Below, in pieces: positions 18,534 through 28,643 of a stretch of 64,000 nucleotides of DNA (within the stretch, counting starts at the first letter, position 1; each line of letters starts with the position of its first letter). A model generated the notes under the pieces. That model worked only from the letters and a program-made list of their open reading frames with translations, did no database searches and had not been told where the DNA came from. Origin of the DNA: Acutalibacteraceae bacterium (GTDB taxonomy: Bacteria > Bacillota > Clostridia > Oscillospirales > Acutalibacteraceae); the NCBI GenBank assembly GCA_045543735.1, contig JAZPXO010000008.1, forward strand, positions 309-64,308. Direction: 5' to 3'. Made by a program: the position numbers and the translations under genes.

Positions 18534-19514
18534 ATGAGCGTTAAAACCGATATTTTTATCAAAGACAGAGCCGACCCTCATGTTTATAAAGGCAGTGACG
18601 GATACTATTATTTTACAGCTTCTTTTCCGATGTACGGCAAGAATGATCCCGAGGGTTATGACAGAATAATTCTTCGAAGAGCCGAAACGATTGACGGTCT
18701 TGCCTCTGCAGAAGAAAAAATAATATGGGATGAAAAAAATTCCGATGTTGCCCACCGCTTTATATGGGCGCCTGAAATTCATGAAATCGGCGGAAAGTGG
18801 TATGTTCTATTTGCTGCAAGCGGAAGTGAAAATAATGTCTGGGATATTGACTGCCATATTATTATGTGCGAGGGGACGGACCCATATAACGGTAAATGGA
18901 TTGATAAAGGAAAGTTTACCGCCTGCGAGAACGACAGCTTTTCATTCAGAGGCTTTTCGCTCGATATGACACATTTTGAATGCGCCGGAAAACATTATGT
19001 TGCATGGGCTCAGAACGGCGGCAACTCAAATGTTTATTTGTCTGCTGTAAATCCCGATGAGCCGTGGAAAACAACCTCTCCCGCCATGCTCCTGACAAAG
19101 CCAGAATATGATTGGGAAAGAGTCAGAATTCCCGTCAATGAAGGTCCTGCGGTGATGATTCATGACGGAAAGATTTTTCTTGCATTTTCAGCCTCGGCAA
19201 CGGGACCCGAATACTGCATCGGACTGATGTTTGCCGATGAAAGCTCCGACCTTTTGAATCCTGACAGCTGGACAAAGCTTGAATATCCTCTTCTCACCTC
19301 CGATGATCTTGAAGGCGAATACGGTCCGGGTCATAATTCTTTTGTCATGGATGAAAACGGAGACTGGGTTTTTGTTTATCATTCAAGGGATGAAAGATGT
19401 TTTTGCGGCAAATGCGGATATTCTGACGGCGACTCGCTTTATGACCCTTGCCGAAGCGCAAGAAAACGCAAGGTTATATGGAATAAAGACGGAATTCCTG
19501 TTCTTAACGGATAA
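18534..19514 (+). CDS. GH43 alpha-L-arabinofuranosidase-like glycosidase
   Basis: RADP, WAPEIH, SLDMT, VNEGP, GPGHNSF motifs. Confidence 0.9.
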   Translation: MSVKTDIFIKDRADPHVYKGSDGYYYFTASFPMYGKNDPEGYDRIILRRAETIDGLASAEEKIIWDEKNSDVAHRFIWAPEIHEIGGKWYVLFAASGSENNVWDIDCHIIMCEGTDPYNGKWIDKGKFTACENDSFSFRGFSLDMTHFECAGKHYVAWAQNGGNSNVYLSAVNPDEPWKTTSPAMLLTKPEYDWERVRIPVNEGPAVMIHDGKIFLAFSASATGPEYCIGLMFADESSDLLNPDSWTKLEYPLLTSDDLEGEYGPGHNSFVMDENGDWVFVYHSRDERCFCGKCGYSDGDSLYDPCRSARKRKVIWNKDGIPVLNG

Positions 19515-19585
19515 ATTCCTTGTTGTAATATAATTAATTATCTGTTATAATAATCCTGTTAAAAATCCGAAAGGGGAACATATTT

Positions 19586-21250
19586 ATGAAAAAAACACAG
19601 TGGTATAAAGACGCGGTCTGCTATCAGATCTGGCCCCGTTCATTCTGTGACGGTAATGGCGACGGTATAGGCGACCTTGAGGGCGTTCTCTCAAAGCTTG
19701 ATTATCTTAAAGAGCTTGGAGTAACCTGCATCTGGTTTTCTCCTCTTTATTGCTCGCCCAATGCCGATTTCGGTTATGATATTTCCGATTATAAAAATAT
19801 TTCTCCCGATTACGGCGATAATGAGCTTTTCAAGAAGGTTCTTGATGAGGCTCACGCAAGAGGCATGAAGGTTATCATGGACCTCGTTGTCAATCACAGC
19901 TCCGATGAGCATGAGTGGTTCAAGAAGGGTATTGATAAGAACAGCAAATATCACGATTACTATATCTGGAGAGACGGCAAAAACGGCAAGCTCCCTAACA
20001 ACTGGTCATCGCTTTTTGAAGGAAAGGCTTGGGAATATAATCAGGAAAACGGTCAGTATTATCTGCATCTTTTCTCGAAGAAACAGCCCGACCTCAACAT
20101 GGATAATCCCGAGCTTCGTCAGGAAGTCAAGGATATAATGAAATTCTGGCTCGATATGGGTGTTGACGGCTTCCGTGAAGATGTTATTACATTTGTTTCA
20201 AAGAGAGAGGGTCTTCCCAACGGATTTCCGATTCCTCAGGCATGCGGAATGGAGCATTATGCCGACGGACCGCACATTCATGAATATCTTACCGAGTTCC
20301 GTCAGGTTCTCAATGAATATGACTGCTTTGTTGTCGGCGAAGCACCGATGATGACAGTTAACAAAGCTCTTAAATACATCAAGGAAGGTCCTGCGCAGGA
20401 GCTTGATATGATGTTCCATTTCCAGCATATGGAAGCAGACTGCCTCTTCATGGACTGCCTGACACTTCCGTTCAGCCTTAAAAAGCTCAAGAAATCATTC
20501 TCTACATGGCAGACAGGTCTTTACGGTAAGGGCTGGAATGCTCTTTATATGGAAAACCATGACCATCCGAGAATTATTAACCGTTTCGGCAGCGTTGAAT
20601 ACAGAGAGCAGAGCGCAAAATCAATTGCTAACTCTTACATGCTTCAGTGCGGAACACCCTTTATTTATCAGGGTCAGGAAATCGGCATGATGAATATTGA
20701 CCTTCCTGAAGTTGAGGATTATCAGGATGTTTTTGCAGTAAATAACTATAAGACCCTGCGTCTTTTCGGCTTCTCTGATGAAAAGGCAAAGCAGCGCCTT
20801 AAGGAATCCAGCCGAGGCAATGCAAGAACTCCCGTTCAGTGGGATGACAGTGAAAACGCAGGCTTCACAAGCGGAAATCCCTGGATGCCTGTTAATCCCA
20901 ATTATAAGAACGGAATCAACGCAAAGGCTGAAATGGAAAATCCTGATTCGATTTTCAATCACTATAAGGCTCTTATCAAGTTCCGCAAGGAAAATCCCGT
21001 TGCTGTTTACGGTTCTTATAAAGAATATAATAAGTCAAGCAGCGACCTTTATGTTTATGAAAGAGTTTATAACGGCGTCAGCATGCTTGTTATCTGCTCA
21101 TATACAGATAAGTGCGTTAACTTCACCGCTCCTGCCGCTTATGATCTTACAAAGGGTAAGGCAATCCTTTGCAACTATAAGGATGTTCCCGTTGGCAAAA
21201 ACGGATTCACAACAAGACCTTACGAAACAAGAGTTTATCTTTTTGACTGA
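19586..21250 (+). CDS. GH13 oligo-1,6-/alpha-glucosidase
   Basis: YQIWPRSF, DLVVNH, QPDLN, GFREDV, VGE, ENHD, YQGQEIG. Confidence 0.92.
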   Translation: MKKTQWYKDAVCYQIWPRSFCDGNGDGIGDLEGVLSKLDYLKELGVTCIWFSPLYCSPNADFGYDISDYKNISPDYGDNELFKKVLDEAHARGMKVIMDLVVNHSSDEHEWFKKGIDKNSKYHDYYIWRDGKNGKLPNNWSSLFEGKAWEYNQENGQYYLHLFSKKQPDLNMDNPELRQEVKDIMKFWLDMGVDGFREDVITFVSKREGLPNGFPIPQACGMEHYADGPHIHEYLTEFRQVLNEYDCFVVGEAPMMTVNKALKYIKEGPAQELDMMFHFQHMEADCLFMDCLTLPFSLKKLKKSFSTWQTGLYGKGWNALYMENHDHPRIINRFGSVEYREQSAKSIANSYMLQCGTPFIYQGQEIGMMNIDLPEVEDYQDVFAVNNYKTLRLFGFSDEKAKQRLKESSRGNARTPVQWDDSENAGFTSGNPWMPVNPNYKNGINAKAEMENPDSIFNHYKALIKFRKENPVAVYGSYKEYNKSSSDLYVYERVYNGVSMLVICSYTDKCVNFTAPAAYDLTKGKAILCNYKDVPVGKNGFTTRPYETRVYLFD

Positions 21251-21312
21251 TAATAATTTCAAATCATGCCCCGAAAGCTTATGTTTTCGGGGCATAGCAA
21301 CGAGGAAATATA

Positions 21313-22518
21313 ATGTTTAACGGTAGTTCTGATGTCATCAATCAATATGGCGAAATATATTCTCTGCCGCCTGCATATGAGCGTGTCGGCTGCAGAGGAT
21401 TAATAACCGAAAACGGAAAAATTCTGCTTTCTCACGAACTGAATACGGGTGTTTATCTTTCACCCGGCGGCGGACTTGAAGAGGATGAAACAATCGAAGA
21501 GTGCGTTATCCGCGAGATTTGCGAAGAAACGGGATATGTTGTAAAAACAGTTTCGCCTTTTGTTAAGGTTAATGAATATTTTTACGATAAACTGTATGTG
21601 AGCAATTATTTTATCTGTGAAATAATCGGAGAAGAAAAGCAGAGTCTTACCGAAACCGAGATACTTCACGGAGTTACGCCCGAGTGGGTTGAAACAGAAA
21701 AAGCTCTTGAAATTTTCGGAGATTATGAAAACATAGCCGATGAAGAACTTGCCGCGCAATATAAAAGAGAATATACGGTGTTGAAAAGATATATGAATTC
21801 TCATAAACTCAGAGTAATGACCTTTAACATCCAGCATTGTCTGGATTATCAGAATGATATAATTGACATTGATTTATTTGTCAATTCAATAAAAGAAATA
21901 AATCCCGATATCTGCGGTCTCAACGAGGTCAGGGGAGAGGGACCGCTTGACGGCTATACCGATCAGATAAATGCTCTGGGCGACGGCCTTGGTTATAACC
22001 GGTATTTTGCTCAGGCGATCAAGGTTGGCGGCACAAGCCCTTACGGCAACGGATTTGTCACAAAGTATCCGATACAGAGTGCAGAAACTATCGCTGTTCC
22101 CGATCCCGTTTTCAAATTTGACATAGGTAAATATGAATCCCGCTGCATTCTCAAAGCTGTTGTTGATGTTGGAGGCAGGGATGTTATTGTTCTTGTGTGC
22201 CATATGGGACTTGCTCTCGGCGAAAGAAAGAACGCTGTTAAAGAAATCTGCAAAATCGTTGATAACACTGACATGCCTTTGATTCTTATGGGTGACTTCA
22301 ATGCTGTTCCGGATGCTGCGGAGCTGAAGCCTCTTTTTGAATGCCTGAATGATACGGACAAGCTTGCAGCTGTTAAAGGCAAAAGCACCTTCCCGTCATA
22401 CAGACCGAATATCAAAATCGACTACATATTCTATAAGAATTTGAAATGCACGGGTGTAAAAACAGTCGAAAAGGTAATCTCTGACCATTTCCCGATTGTT
22501 GCAGAGTTTGAGTTATAA
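21313..22518 (+). CDS. NUDIX hydrolase fused to endonuclease/exonuclease/phosphatase (EEP) domain
   Basis: Nudix box GGGLEEDETIEECVIREICEETG; EEP motifs TFNI, LNEV, GDFN, IDYIF, SDH. Confidence 0.85.
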   Translation: MFNGSSDVINQYGEIYSLPPAYERVGCRGLITENGKILLSHELNTGVYLSPGGGLEEDETIEECVIREICEETGYVVKTVSPFVKVNEYFYDKLYVSNYFICEIIGEEKQSLTETEILHGVTPEWVETEKALEIFGDYENIADEELAAQYKREYTVLKRYMNSHKLRVMTFNIQHCLDYQNDIIDIDLFVNSIKEINPDICGLNEVRGEGPLDGYTDQINALGDGLGYNRYFAQAIKVGGTSPYGNGFVTKYPIQSAETIAVPDPVFKFDIGKYESRCILKAVVDVGGRDVIVLVCHMGLALGERKNAVKEICKIVDNTDMPLILMGDFNAVPDAAELKPLFECLNDTDKLAAVKGKSTFPSYRPNIKIDYIFYKNLKCTGVKTVEKVISDHFPIVAEFEL

Positions 22519-22531
22519 AGGAGAAAATCAA

Positions 22532-23050
22532 ATGGAGCCCTTATTCATAAGTAATTTTAAGCATTCAAAAGAACTGTATATTGAAATGAATAAAAGATTC
22601 ACTTTAGTGTCACGAACAGTTTTGGGCACAGTATTTCTGGTTGCATTTATTTCTCTTGCGGCACTTTACTATTTTTATTTTTATGAGACAATAACATCTG
22701 TTGTTTTTGTGTTTTTAGGAATAATCTGGGCAGTATATCCGCTTATAAGCATCAGAATTCATGCAAAGAAAAGAGAAAAACAGTATATTGAGCTTTTCGG
22801 GAAAATGCCAGAGGCACAGAATTTGTTTTACGATGATTACATTTTGAGTACTGGCATAACGGATAAATCAGAAATCAAAATTGATTATAGCAAAATTATT
22901 AAAGTTATGCAGAGCAAGAATTTATATCTGCTGATAATGAATAAAAAGCTTGTTATAATGGTTGATAAAAACCTATTTGAAAAAGGCACCTGCAAAGAAT
23001 TTGAAAAATTTATTAAAGAAAAAGCAGTTAACGCCAAAATCAAACTGTAA
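22532..23050 (+). CDS. YcxB-family membrane protein
   Basis: GGAG RBS, ATG at 22532; two TM helices then YSKIIKV.QSKNLYLL..KGTC.EF.KFI. Confidence 0.75.
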   Translation: MEPLFISNFKHSKELYIEMNKRFTLVSRTVLGTVFLVAFISLAALYYFYFYETITSVVFVFLGIIWAVYPLISIRIHAKKREKQYIELFGKMPEAQNLFYDDYILSTGITDKSEIKIDYSKIIKVMQSKNLYLLIMNKKLVIMVDKNLFEKGTCKEFEKFIKEKAVNAKIKL

Positions 23051-23088
23051 TTTTAAAAATTCCATATTTTACATTTTCAATTTATAAT

Positions 23089-23122
23089 AAAAAACGGATG
23101 TGCTTCGGCACATCCGTTTTTC
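23089..23122. terminator. Bidirectional terminator
   Basis: AAAACGGATGTGC-TTCG-GCACATCCGTTTT perfect hairpin. Confidence 0.85.
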
Positions 23123-25498
23123 TTATGCAAGCTTCATTATCATTTCAAGAATTCTTTTTGTGCAAAGCTCGAGTTCTGCTCTTGTCAGCTCACCCTTATC
23201 ATAAGCTGCTTTCAGATCCTCGGGGTAGCCGCAGTGCATCTTCATATCGTTGCCAGCCTTTACCTCTTTAACGGGATTGTTCTTTACACCCCAGTCGGTT
23301 ACAACCATACCCTTAAAGCCCCACTCGTTGCGAAGGATTTCGGTGAGAAGCTCGTAGCTTTCAGAGGTGTGCTGACCGTTGATGCGGTTATAGGATGACA
23401 TAACGGTCCAGGGATCGCCTTCTTTAACAGCAATTTCAAAGCCCTTGAGATAGATTTCGCGTAAAGCTCTTTCGGAAATTCTGGCGTCAATATCGTAGCG
23501 GTTTGCTTCTTTGTTGTTACATGCAAAATGCTTGATTGAAACAGCGGCTTTCTGCGACTGAATGCCTCTTGTTGCCGCGGCGGCGTTTTTGCCTGCAACG
23601 AGGGGATCTTCAGAATAATATTCGAAGTTTCTGCCGCAGAGGGGATCTCTGTGAATATTCAGCGCAGGAGCAAGCCATATTCCGAGATTGTTTTCGCGCA
23701 ATTCCGCGCCGCCTGCAGCACCGACTTCATAAACAAGCTCGGGATTCCAGCAACAAGCCAGAAGCGTTGCGCAAGGCCATGCTGTGGTAGGTATGCCTGT
23801 TTTGGGCTCAAGTCGTAGACCTGCAGGGCCGTCGGCTGTGGGAGCATAGGGGATTGCAAGGCGTTCAATTCCGCCGAACGAACCCGTGTTGCATACGCCC
23901 GTTGTTTTCTGTCCGCCGACGATATACATAAGCTCATCAAGAGTGAACTGCGCAACGAATTCGTCAAGAGTGCATTCAACGCCTACATTGTCAAACATAA
24001 CAAGATTTTCGGGAGCCTTTGCACCTGAGGGCTTGACTTCTCCATAGAAATATTCTTCTTCGCCCTGAGGCAGAGTCTCAAAGCTTCCGTCTGAAAGCAT
24101 TCGTTTTGCAAGCTTGAAGGGCTTGCACCAATTATTAAGCTGTTCGGTGACAGTATCTTCGCTGACGCGGTAAACAAAATCAAGCTTCACTGTGTCTCTG
24201 ACGGATGTGCCGATATGGAATTCATAGTCGCCTTTTTCGAGAACATAAGCTGATTTGCTGATTTTTCCGAGGTCGTCAAACGATGCCATATCTTTAATGT
24301 CAAAGCTCATAACAACTGCTTCGGATTCGTTCGGAGCAAGAAGCTTTGTCTTTTTGAATGCGCAAAGTTCTTTTGCAGGCTTGCCAAGCTTACCCTGCGG
24401 AGCGGAATAATAAAGCTGGATTACTTCTTTGCCTGCAACGGAGCCGATGTTTTTAACTGTTGCAACGGCAATTATTTTGCCTTCGCTTTCGCAGCATACT
24501 CTGCCGCTTATTTCAAACTGTGTGTATGACAGACCGAAGCCGAACGGATAACGGACATGCTGTTTAGCCTCGGGGATAGTTTCAAAATAGCGGTATCCGA
24601 CATAGATATCGTCAGAATAATCAATATATTTGAAGCTTTCCCAGAATTCCTCTTTGCAGGGGTAGCAATCGTAGGATTTTGCGATTGTATCTGCCATCTT
24701 ACCTGAGGGATTGACATCTCCGCAAAGAATATCTGCGATAGCTGAGCCGCCTTCCATTCCGCCCTGCCATCCGAAAAGAATGCCGTCAACAGCGGAATTT
24801 TCGGCGATGAATTCGCAGTCGATTGTAGCGCCCGAGTTTATAACAACAATAACCTTTTTGAAAAGCTTACCTGCCTTGGTGATGAGATCCTTTTCAATAT
24901 CAGAAAGATAATAGTCGCCGCCCTGAGGTCTGCGGTCAACGCCCTCTGCAGAAAATCTGCTGAGCGTTATGATTGCTGTTTCAGCCCAATCGGATGCTGA
25001 TTTAATAAGCTCATCGGGTACTGCAGGCTCTTTGACATGCATGCTTGCAAATGTGTCATAAGTCATGTCATCGCGCTTTGTGCAGAATTCCATTGCATTA
25101 ACGATATCCCATGTAGCGTTAATTTGTTCCTGAGTGGGAATGTGAACGCTTTCTTTTTCAACATAGTCCTTGTAGAAATCAACAAGAGGCATATAAACGG
25201 CAATCTTACCGTCTTTTTCTTTTTCCTTGAAGCCTTCAAATATGTTGCGGATATAAGGGCAGTGAACATCGCCGCTGCCGCCGCCGCCCTTTATGTATTC
25301 GATTGTTGCTTTGCCGAAAAGCGCAATCTTTTCGCCTTTTGAAAGGGGAAGAGCTCCGTTTTCGTTCTTGAGAAGCACCATGCCTTCGCCTGCGGCCTTT
25401 CTCGAAAGAGAAATGTGTTTCTGAGATGCCGTAACGCATCTTCCGTCATCGCCGAGAGGGATGCACGGCTGATATCTGAATCTTGCATATTTTTCCAT
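23123..25498 (-). CDS. GH3 beta-glucosidase with inverted domain order
   Basis: N-terminal GMVLLKN/GGGGSG sandwich and Fn3 (GKEVIQLY); C-terminal barrel with DGPAG, GRNFEYYSEDP, KHF, MSSYN, VTDW. Confidence 0.92.
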   Translation of the reverse strand: MEKYARFRYQPCIPLGDDGRCVTASQKHISLSRKAAGEGMVLLKNENGALPLSKGEKIALFGKATIEYIKGGGGSGDVHCPYIRNIFEGFKEKEKDGKIAVYMPLVDFYKDYVEKESVHIPTQEQINATWDIVNAMEFCTKRDDMTYDTFASMHVKEPAVPDELIKSASDWAETAIITLSRFSAEGVDRRPQGGDYYLSDIEKDLITKAGKLFKKVIVVINSGATIDCEFIAENSAVDGILFGWQGGMEGGSAIADILCGDVNPSGKMADTIAKSYDCYPCKEEFWESFKYIDYSDDIYVGYRYFETIPEAKQHVRYPFGFGLSYTQFEISGRVCCESEGKIIAVATVKNIGSVAGKEVIQLYYSAPQGKLGKPAKELCAFKKTKLLAPNESEAVVMSFDIKDMASFDDLGKISKSAYVLEKGDYEFHIGTSVRDTVKLDFVYRVSEDTVTEQLNNWCKPFKLAKRMLSDGSFETLPQGEEEYFYGEVKPSGAKAPENLVMFDNVGVECTLDEFVAQFTLDELMYIVGGQKTTGVCNTGSFGGIERLAIPYAPTADGPAGLRLEPKTGIPTTAWPCATLLACCWNPELVYEVGAAGGAELRENNLGIWLAPALNIHRDPLCGRNFEYYSEDPLVAGKNAAAATRGIQSQKAAVSIKHFACNNKEANRYDIDARISERALREIYLKGFEIAVKEGDPWTVMSSYNRINGQHTSESYELLTEILRNEWGFKGMVVTDWGVKNNPVKEVKAGNDMKMHCGYPEDLKAAYDKGELTRAELELCTKRILEMIMKLA

Positions 25499-25526
25499 GT
25501 TAATCAGTCCATTCTAATTTTATATT

Positions 25527-28502
25527 TTATTCCGCTTCAAATGTAAAGCTGAATTCAAGAGGCTTTGTATAGCTGAAATCAATTGTATGTTCTTTCGCAG
25601 GACCGGGGCCGCAGCTTCCCGTGCCTGTGCCTCTGACGAAGCCGTCAACGGCTGTGAATACGGTATCAACATCAGGCAAATCCTCAATATGCTTTGCTTT
25701 TTTGAGCTGGTTAAGGGTGAAAGGATTTGCGTTGAAGCTGAACGGCTTTTCTTCGGCTCTGAATATTATCTTTGAATTATCGGAAATAAGTGCGCTTTCT
25801 CTGATATCGCCTCTGTTGCCCGAATCCTGCGGCTTTATATATTTGTGAGCCATTTCTGAAACGGCGCATTTATATCTTCCGATGGGAGAATGCTCTCTGA
25901 AATCGCTGTAGTTTTCTGCAGGTCCTCTGCCGTAATAGCTGACGCCGCTGAAATCCTTTGTGAATTCGCAATGCACTCCGAAACGGGGGAGCATCATTGT
26001 AAGCGGGAATACCTTTTTGAGCTTTGCGGTAACTCTGACTTTGCCGCTTTCGTCAATTCGGTAATCAACGGTTGCGGTTGCAAGCCGGAGTATTTTTTTG
26101 CCGATAAAACTGTATTTTGTTCTTATAAATTCACCGTCAGCATCCTTCATGAGCTTGCATTTGCAAAGGTGCGTTTCGGCATTTTCAAGACCGATAAGAT
26201 TCCAGAAAATAACGGTGTATTGGTCGTTATCAAGCCTGCCTCTGTAAAGGTGGGGAACAAATCCTGTCATGCCGTCAAAGGGCTTCTGATTGAGCAATTC
26301 TATGCCGTTTTTCTTATAGCTGACAAGACCTCTTGAAATATCGAAGGTCATTTCTCCGCCTTTAAATTTTGCGGTTATGATATTGCCGTTTTCCGTTTCA
26401 GCGTATTTGCCGATATCAGATTTGAGCTTTGCTTCGGCAATAATAATCTGTTCAACTGCAATTTCTGCACCGTCAGGCTTTTTGTAAATGAAATTAACAA
26501 AGATATCCCCGTCTGATTTTTTCAGAAGGTCGGATTTAACAGTGATTTTCTTTTTCTCCTGAGGGGCAATAACGGTGTCAAGCTTTCCGCATTCTCTGGC
26601 ATATCCGTTTTCAAGTATTTCATAAGAAATTTCAATGTCGGATGAATCGGTGAAATATTTTGTGTTCCAAAGCTCAAAGCTTCCGTTGCCGAGATATTTT
26701 GCTCTTATCGGACGGTAGCAGACTTTCATTTCAAGAGCGCCGCTTGAAGGCTTTCTGTCAGGGAAGAAGAGACCGTCAACGCAGAAATTGCCGTCATGAA
26801 TCGGCTCGTTGTGGTCGCCGCCGTATGTCCATTTGTAGTTTGCGTTTTCGTCGTAAACGCTGTGGTCGGCCCATTCCCAGATACATCCGCCCATGAACTG
26901 CTCTGAGGAGAGGAAGAGCTGCATGTATTCTTCAAGCTTGCCCGGACCGTTGCCCATGGCGTGAGCATATTCACACTGGAAGAAAGGCTTGCCCTTATAT
27001 TTTTTGCCTGCTTTTCCTTTGAGAATGTTTTTCATGAGGTCGGGTGAGCCGTACATTCTTGAAACAACATCGTAAGCCCAACGCAGTGAACGGTTGACGC
27101 CTTCATAGTGAACGGGCACTTCGGGATTGTTTTCTTTTAAAAATTTATAGCAGATATCCTGACATTTGTAGCCGCCCGATTCATTGCCGAGGCTCCACAT
27201 GGTGACTGACGGATGGTTTTTGTCGCGTTCATACATTCTTGCAACTCTGTCAAGATAATGCGAAGCCCATTTAAGATTGTTGCTGAGCTTGTTGGGATTG
27301 TATGCGCCGGGCATTGAATAAAATCCGTGAGTTTCAATATCTGCTTCATCAACAACATAAAGCCCGTAGAAATCGCACATTGTTAAAAATGCAGGGTCGG
27401 GAGGATAGTGCGAGGTTCTGACGCAGTTGCAGTTATATTCTTTCATGAGCTTTATATCAAGCTCAAGGTCATCGAGCGAAACTGCATAACCCTTTGTCAT
27501 ATGTGTATCGTGATGATTTGCGCCGATAAGCTTTACAGCCTTGCCGTTGAAACGGAAAATTTCGCCGTCGATTGTGATATCCCTGAAGCCGATATATGAA
27601 CGGATTACTTCTTGGGTTTCGTTGCCTTTTTTTACTCTTAATATAACCTCATAAAGTTCAGGTGTTTCAGCAGTCCATTCTTTGGGAGAAAGATTGCTGA
27701 AAACAGCTTTTCCGTTAACAGGAGTTTCGCTGAAAAGGTTTTTGCATTCAACCGTAACACCTGCATCGGAAGTGAAATTTCCTTTGATTTCAATTCTGAG
27801 GTCATAGCTTCCGTCAGAATTTTTCTTCGGTCTAAAAAGGAAATCGTCAATGCGGTTTTCTTTCTGCGAAATAATGAAAACATCTCTGAAAATTCCGTTT
27901 TCGCGGAACATATCCTGACATTCGAGGTAAGTGCCGTTTGACCATTTATAATTGACGGCAAGAATTTCATTTGAACCGTTTGCGATAAATTCTGTGATGT
28001 CAAATTCAGCTGTGTTGTGAGAGCCTTCGCTGTAGCCGACAAAACTGCCGTTAACATAAAGAGACAGCGCACCTGCAACGCCGAGAAAGCTGATGATTCT
28101 CCGGCTTGCTTCGTTGCTGATATCGATGATTTTTCGGTATATACCTACTGCAACATCCTCGGGAATATGAGGTGGATTTTTGGGGAAAGGATAGCGGGTG
28201 TTAATATATGCAATCTGGTCATATCCTGTTCTCTGCCAGGTTGAGGGTACGGAGATTTTATCAAATTTGGCAGAGTCAGAATCGAAACTTTCGGGAATAT
28301 CGCTGAGCTTGCTGAAATATTTAAAATCCCATTCTCCGCTGAGCATAAGAACTCTGTCTGAAACATATCTTTCGTTTTTATAATCGCTTTCTGCAAGAGT
28401 GTCATCGCATGAAAACGGAATAAACCAGCTTCTGGCAGGCAGCTTGTTTTTTTCAAAAATATTAAAATCTGTGTGAAGTTTTCGGCTGATGCTGTAAATC
28501 AT
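25527..28502 (-). CDS. GH2 beta-galactosidase (LacZ-type)
   Basis: RTSHYP, DEADIETHG, DKNHPSV.MWSLGNE, CEYAHAMGN, GNFCVDG, YGRGP.ENY.D. Confidence 0.92.
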   Translation of the reverse strand: MIYSISRKLHTDFNIFEKNKLPARSWFIPFSCDDTLAESDYKNERYVSDRVLMLSGEWDFKYFSKLSDIPESFDSDSAKFDKISVPSTWQRTGYDQIAYINTRYPFPKNPPHIPEDVAVGIYRKIIDISNEASRRIISFLGVAGALSLYVNGSFVGYSEGSHNTAEFDITEFIANGSNEILAVNYKWSNGTYLECQDMFRENGIFRDVFIISQKENRIDDFLFRPKKNSDGSYDLRIEIKGNFTSDAGVTVECKNLFSETPVNGKAVFSNLSPKEWTAETPELYEVILRVKKGNETQEVIRSYIGFRDITIDGEIFRFNGKAVKLIGANHHDTHMTKGYAVSLDDLELDIKLMKEYNCNCVRTSHYPPDPAFLTMCDFYGLYVVDEADIETHGFYSMPGAYNPNKLSNNLKWASHYLDRVARMYERDKNHPSVTMWSLGNESGGYKCQDICYKFLKENNPEVPVHYEGVNRSLRWAYDVVSRMYGSPDLMKNILKGKAGKKYKGKPFFQCEYAHAMGNGPGKLEEYMQLFLSSEQFMGGCIWEWADHSVYDENANYKWTYGGDHNEPIHDGNFCVDGLFFPDRKPSSGALEMKVCYRPIRAKYLGNGSFELWNTKYFTDSSDIEISYEILENGYARECGKLDTVIAPQEKKKITVKSDLLKKSDGDIFVNFIYKKPDGAEIAVEQIIIAEAKLKSDIGKYAETENGNIITAKFKGGEMTFDISRGLVSYKKNGIELLNQKPFDGMTGFVPHLYRGRLDNDQYTVIFWNLIGLENAETHLCKCKLMKDADGEFIRTKYSFIGKKILRLATATVDYRIDESGKVRVTAKLKKVFPLTMMLPRFGVHCEFTKDFSGVSYYGRGPAENYSDFREHSPIGRYKCAVSEMAHKYIKPQDSGNRGDIRESALISDNSKIIFRAEEKPFSFNANPFTLNQLKKAKHIEDLPDVDTVFTAVDGFVRGTGTGSCGPGPAKEHTIDFSYTKPLEFSFTFEAE

Positions 28503-28531
28503 ATCGTCAGCTCCTTATATAATATAAATCA

Positions 28532-28615
28532 AGTATATAATTAAAAATCAAAAGTGTCAATATTTGCATTTGTATATCTGACTTTATTGACAATAAAAAA
28601 CTGCTGTGCTAAAAT
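28532..28615. promoter_or_regulatory. Back-to-back divergent sigma-A promoters (GH2/GH3 operon and the 28644 operon)
   Basis: Minus strand: TTGACA(28560-28555)-17-TATACT; plus strand: TTGACA(28587)-17-TAAAAT with TG. Confidence 0.65.
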
Positions 28616-28643
28616 TTTAATATCAAAAAGGAGGCGCTTTATT

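Noticed and set aside
21266-21295. 11-bp hairpin after the GH13 gene
   Set aside because: No U-tract on either strand, so not called a terminator; single copy, so not a repeat family; may be an mRNA-stabilising stem
22532-23050. AT-rich ycxB-like gene as a mobile cassette
   Set aside because: Composition looks atypical, but no flanking repeats, att sites or mobility genes are visible
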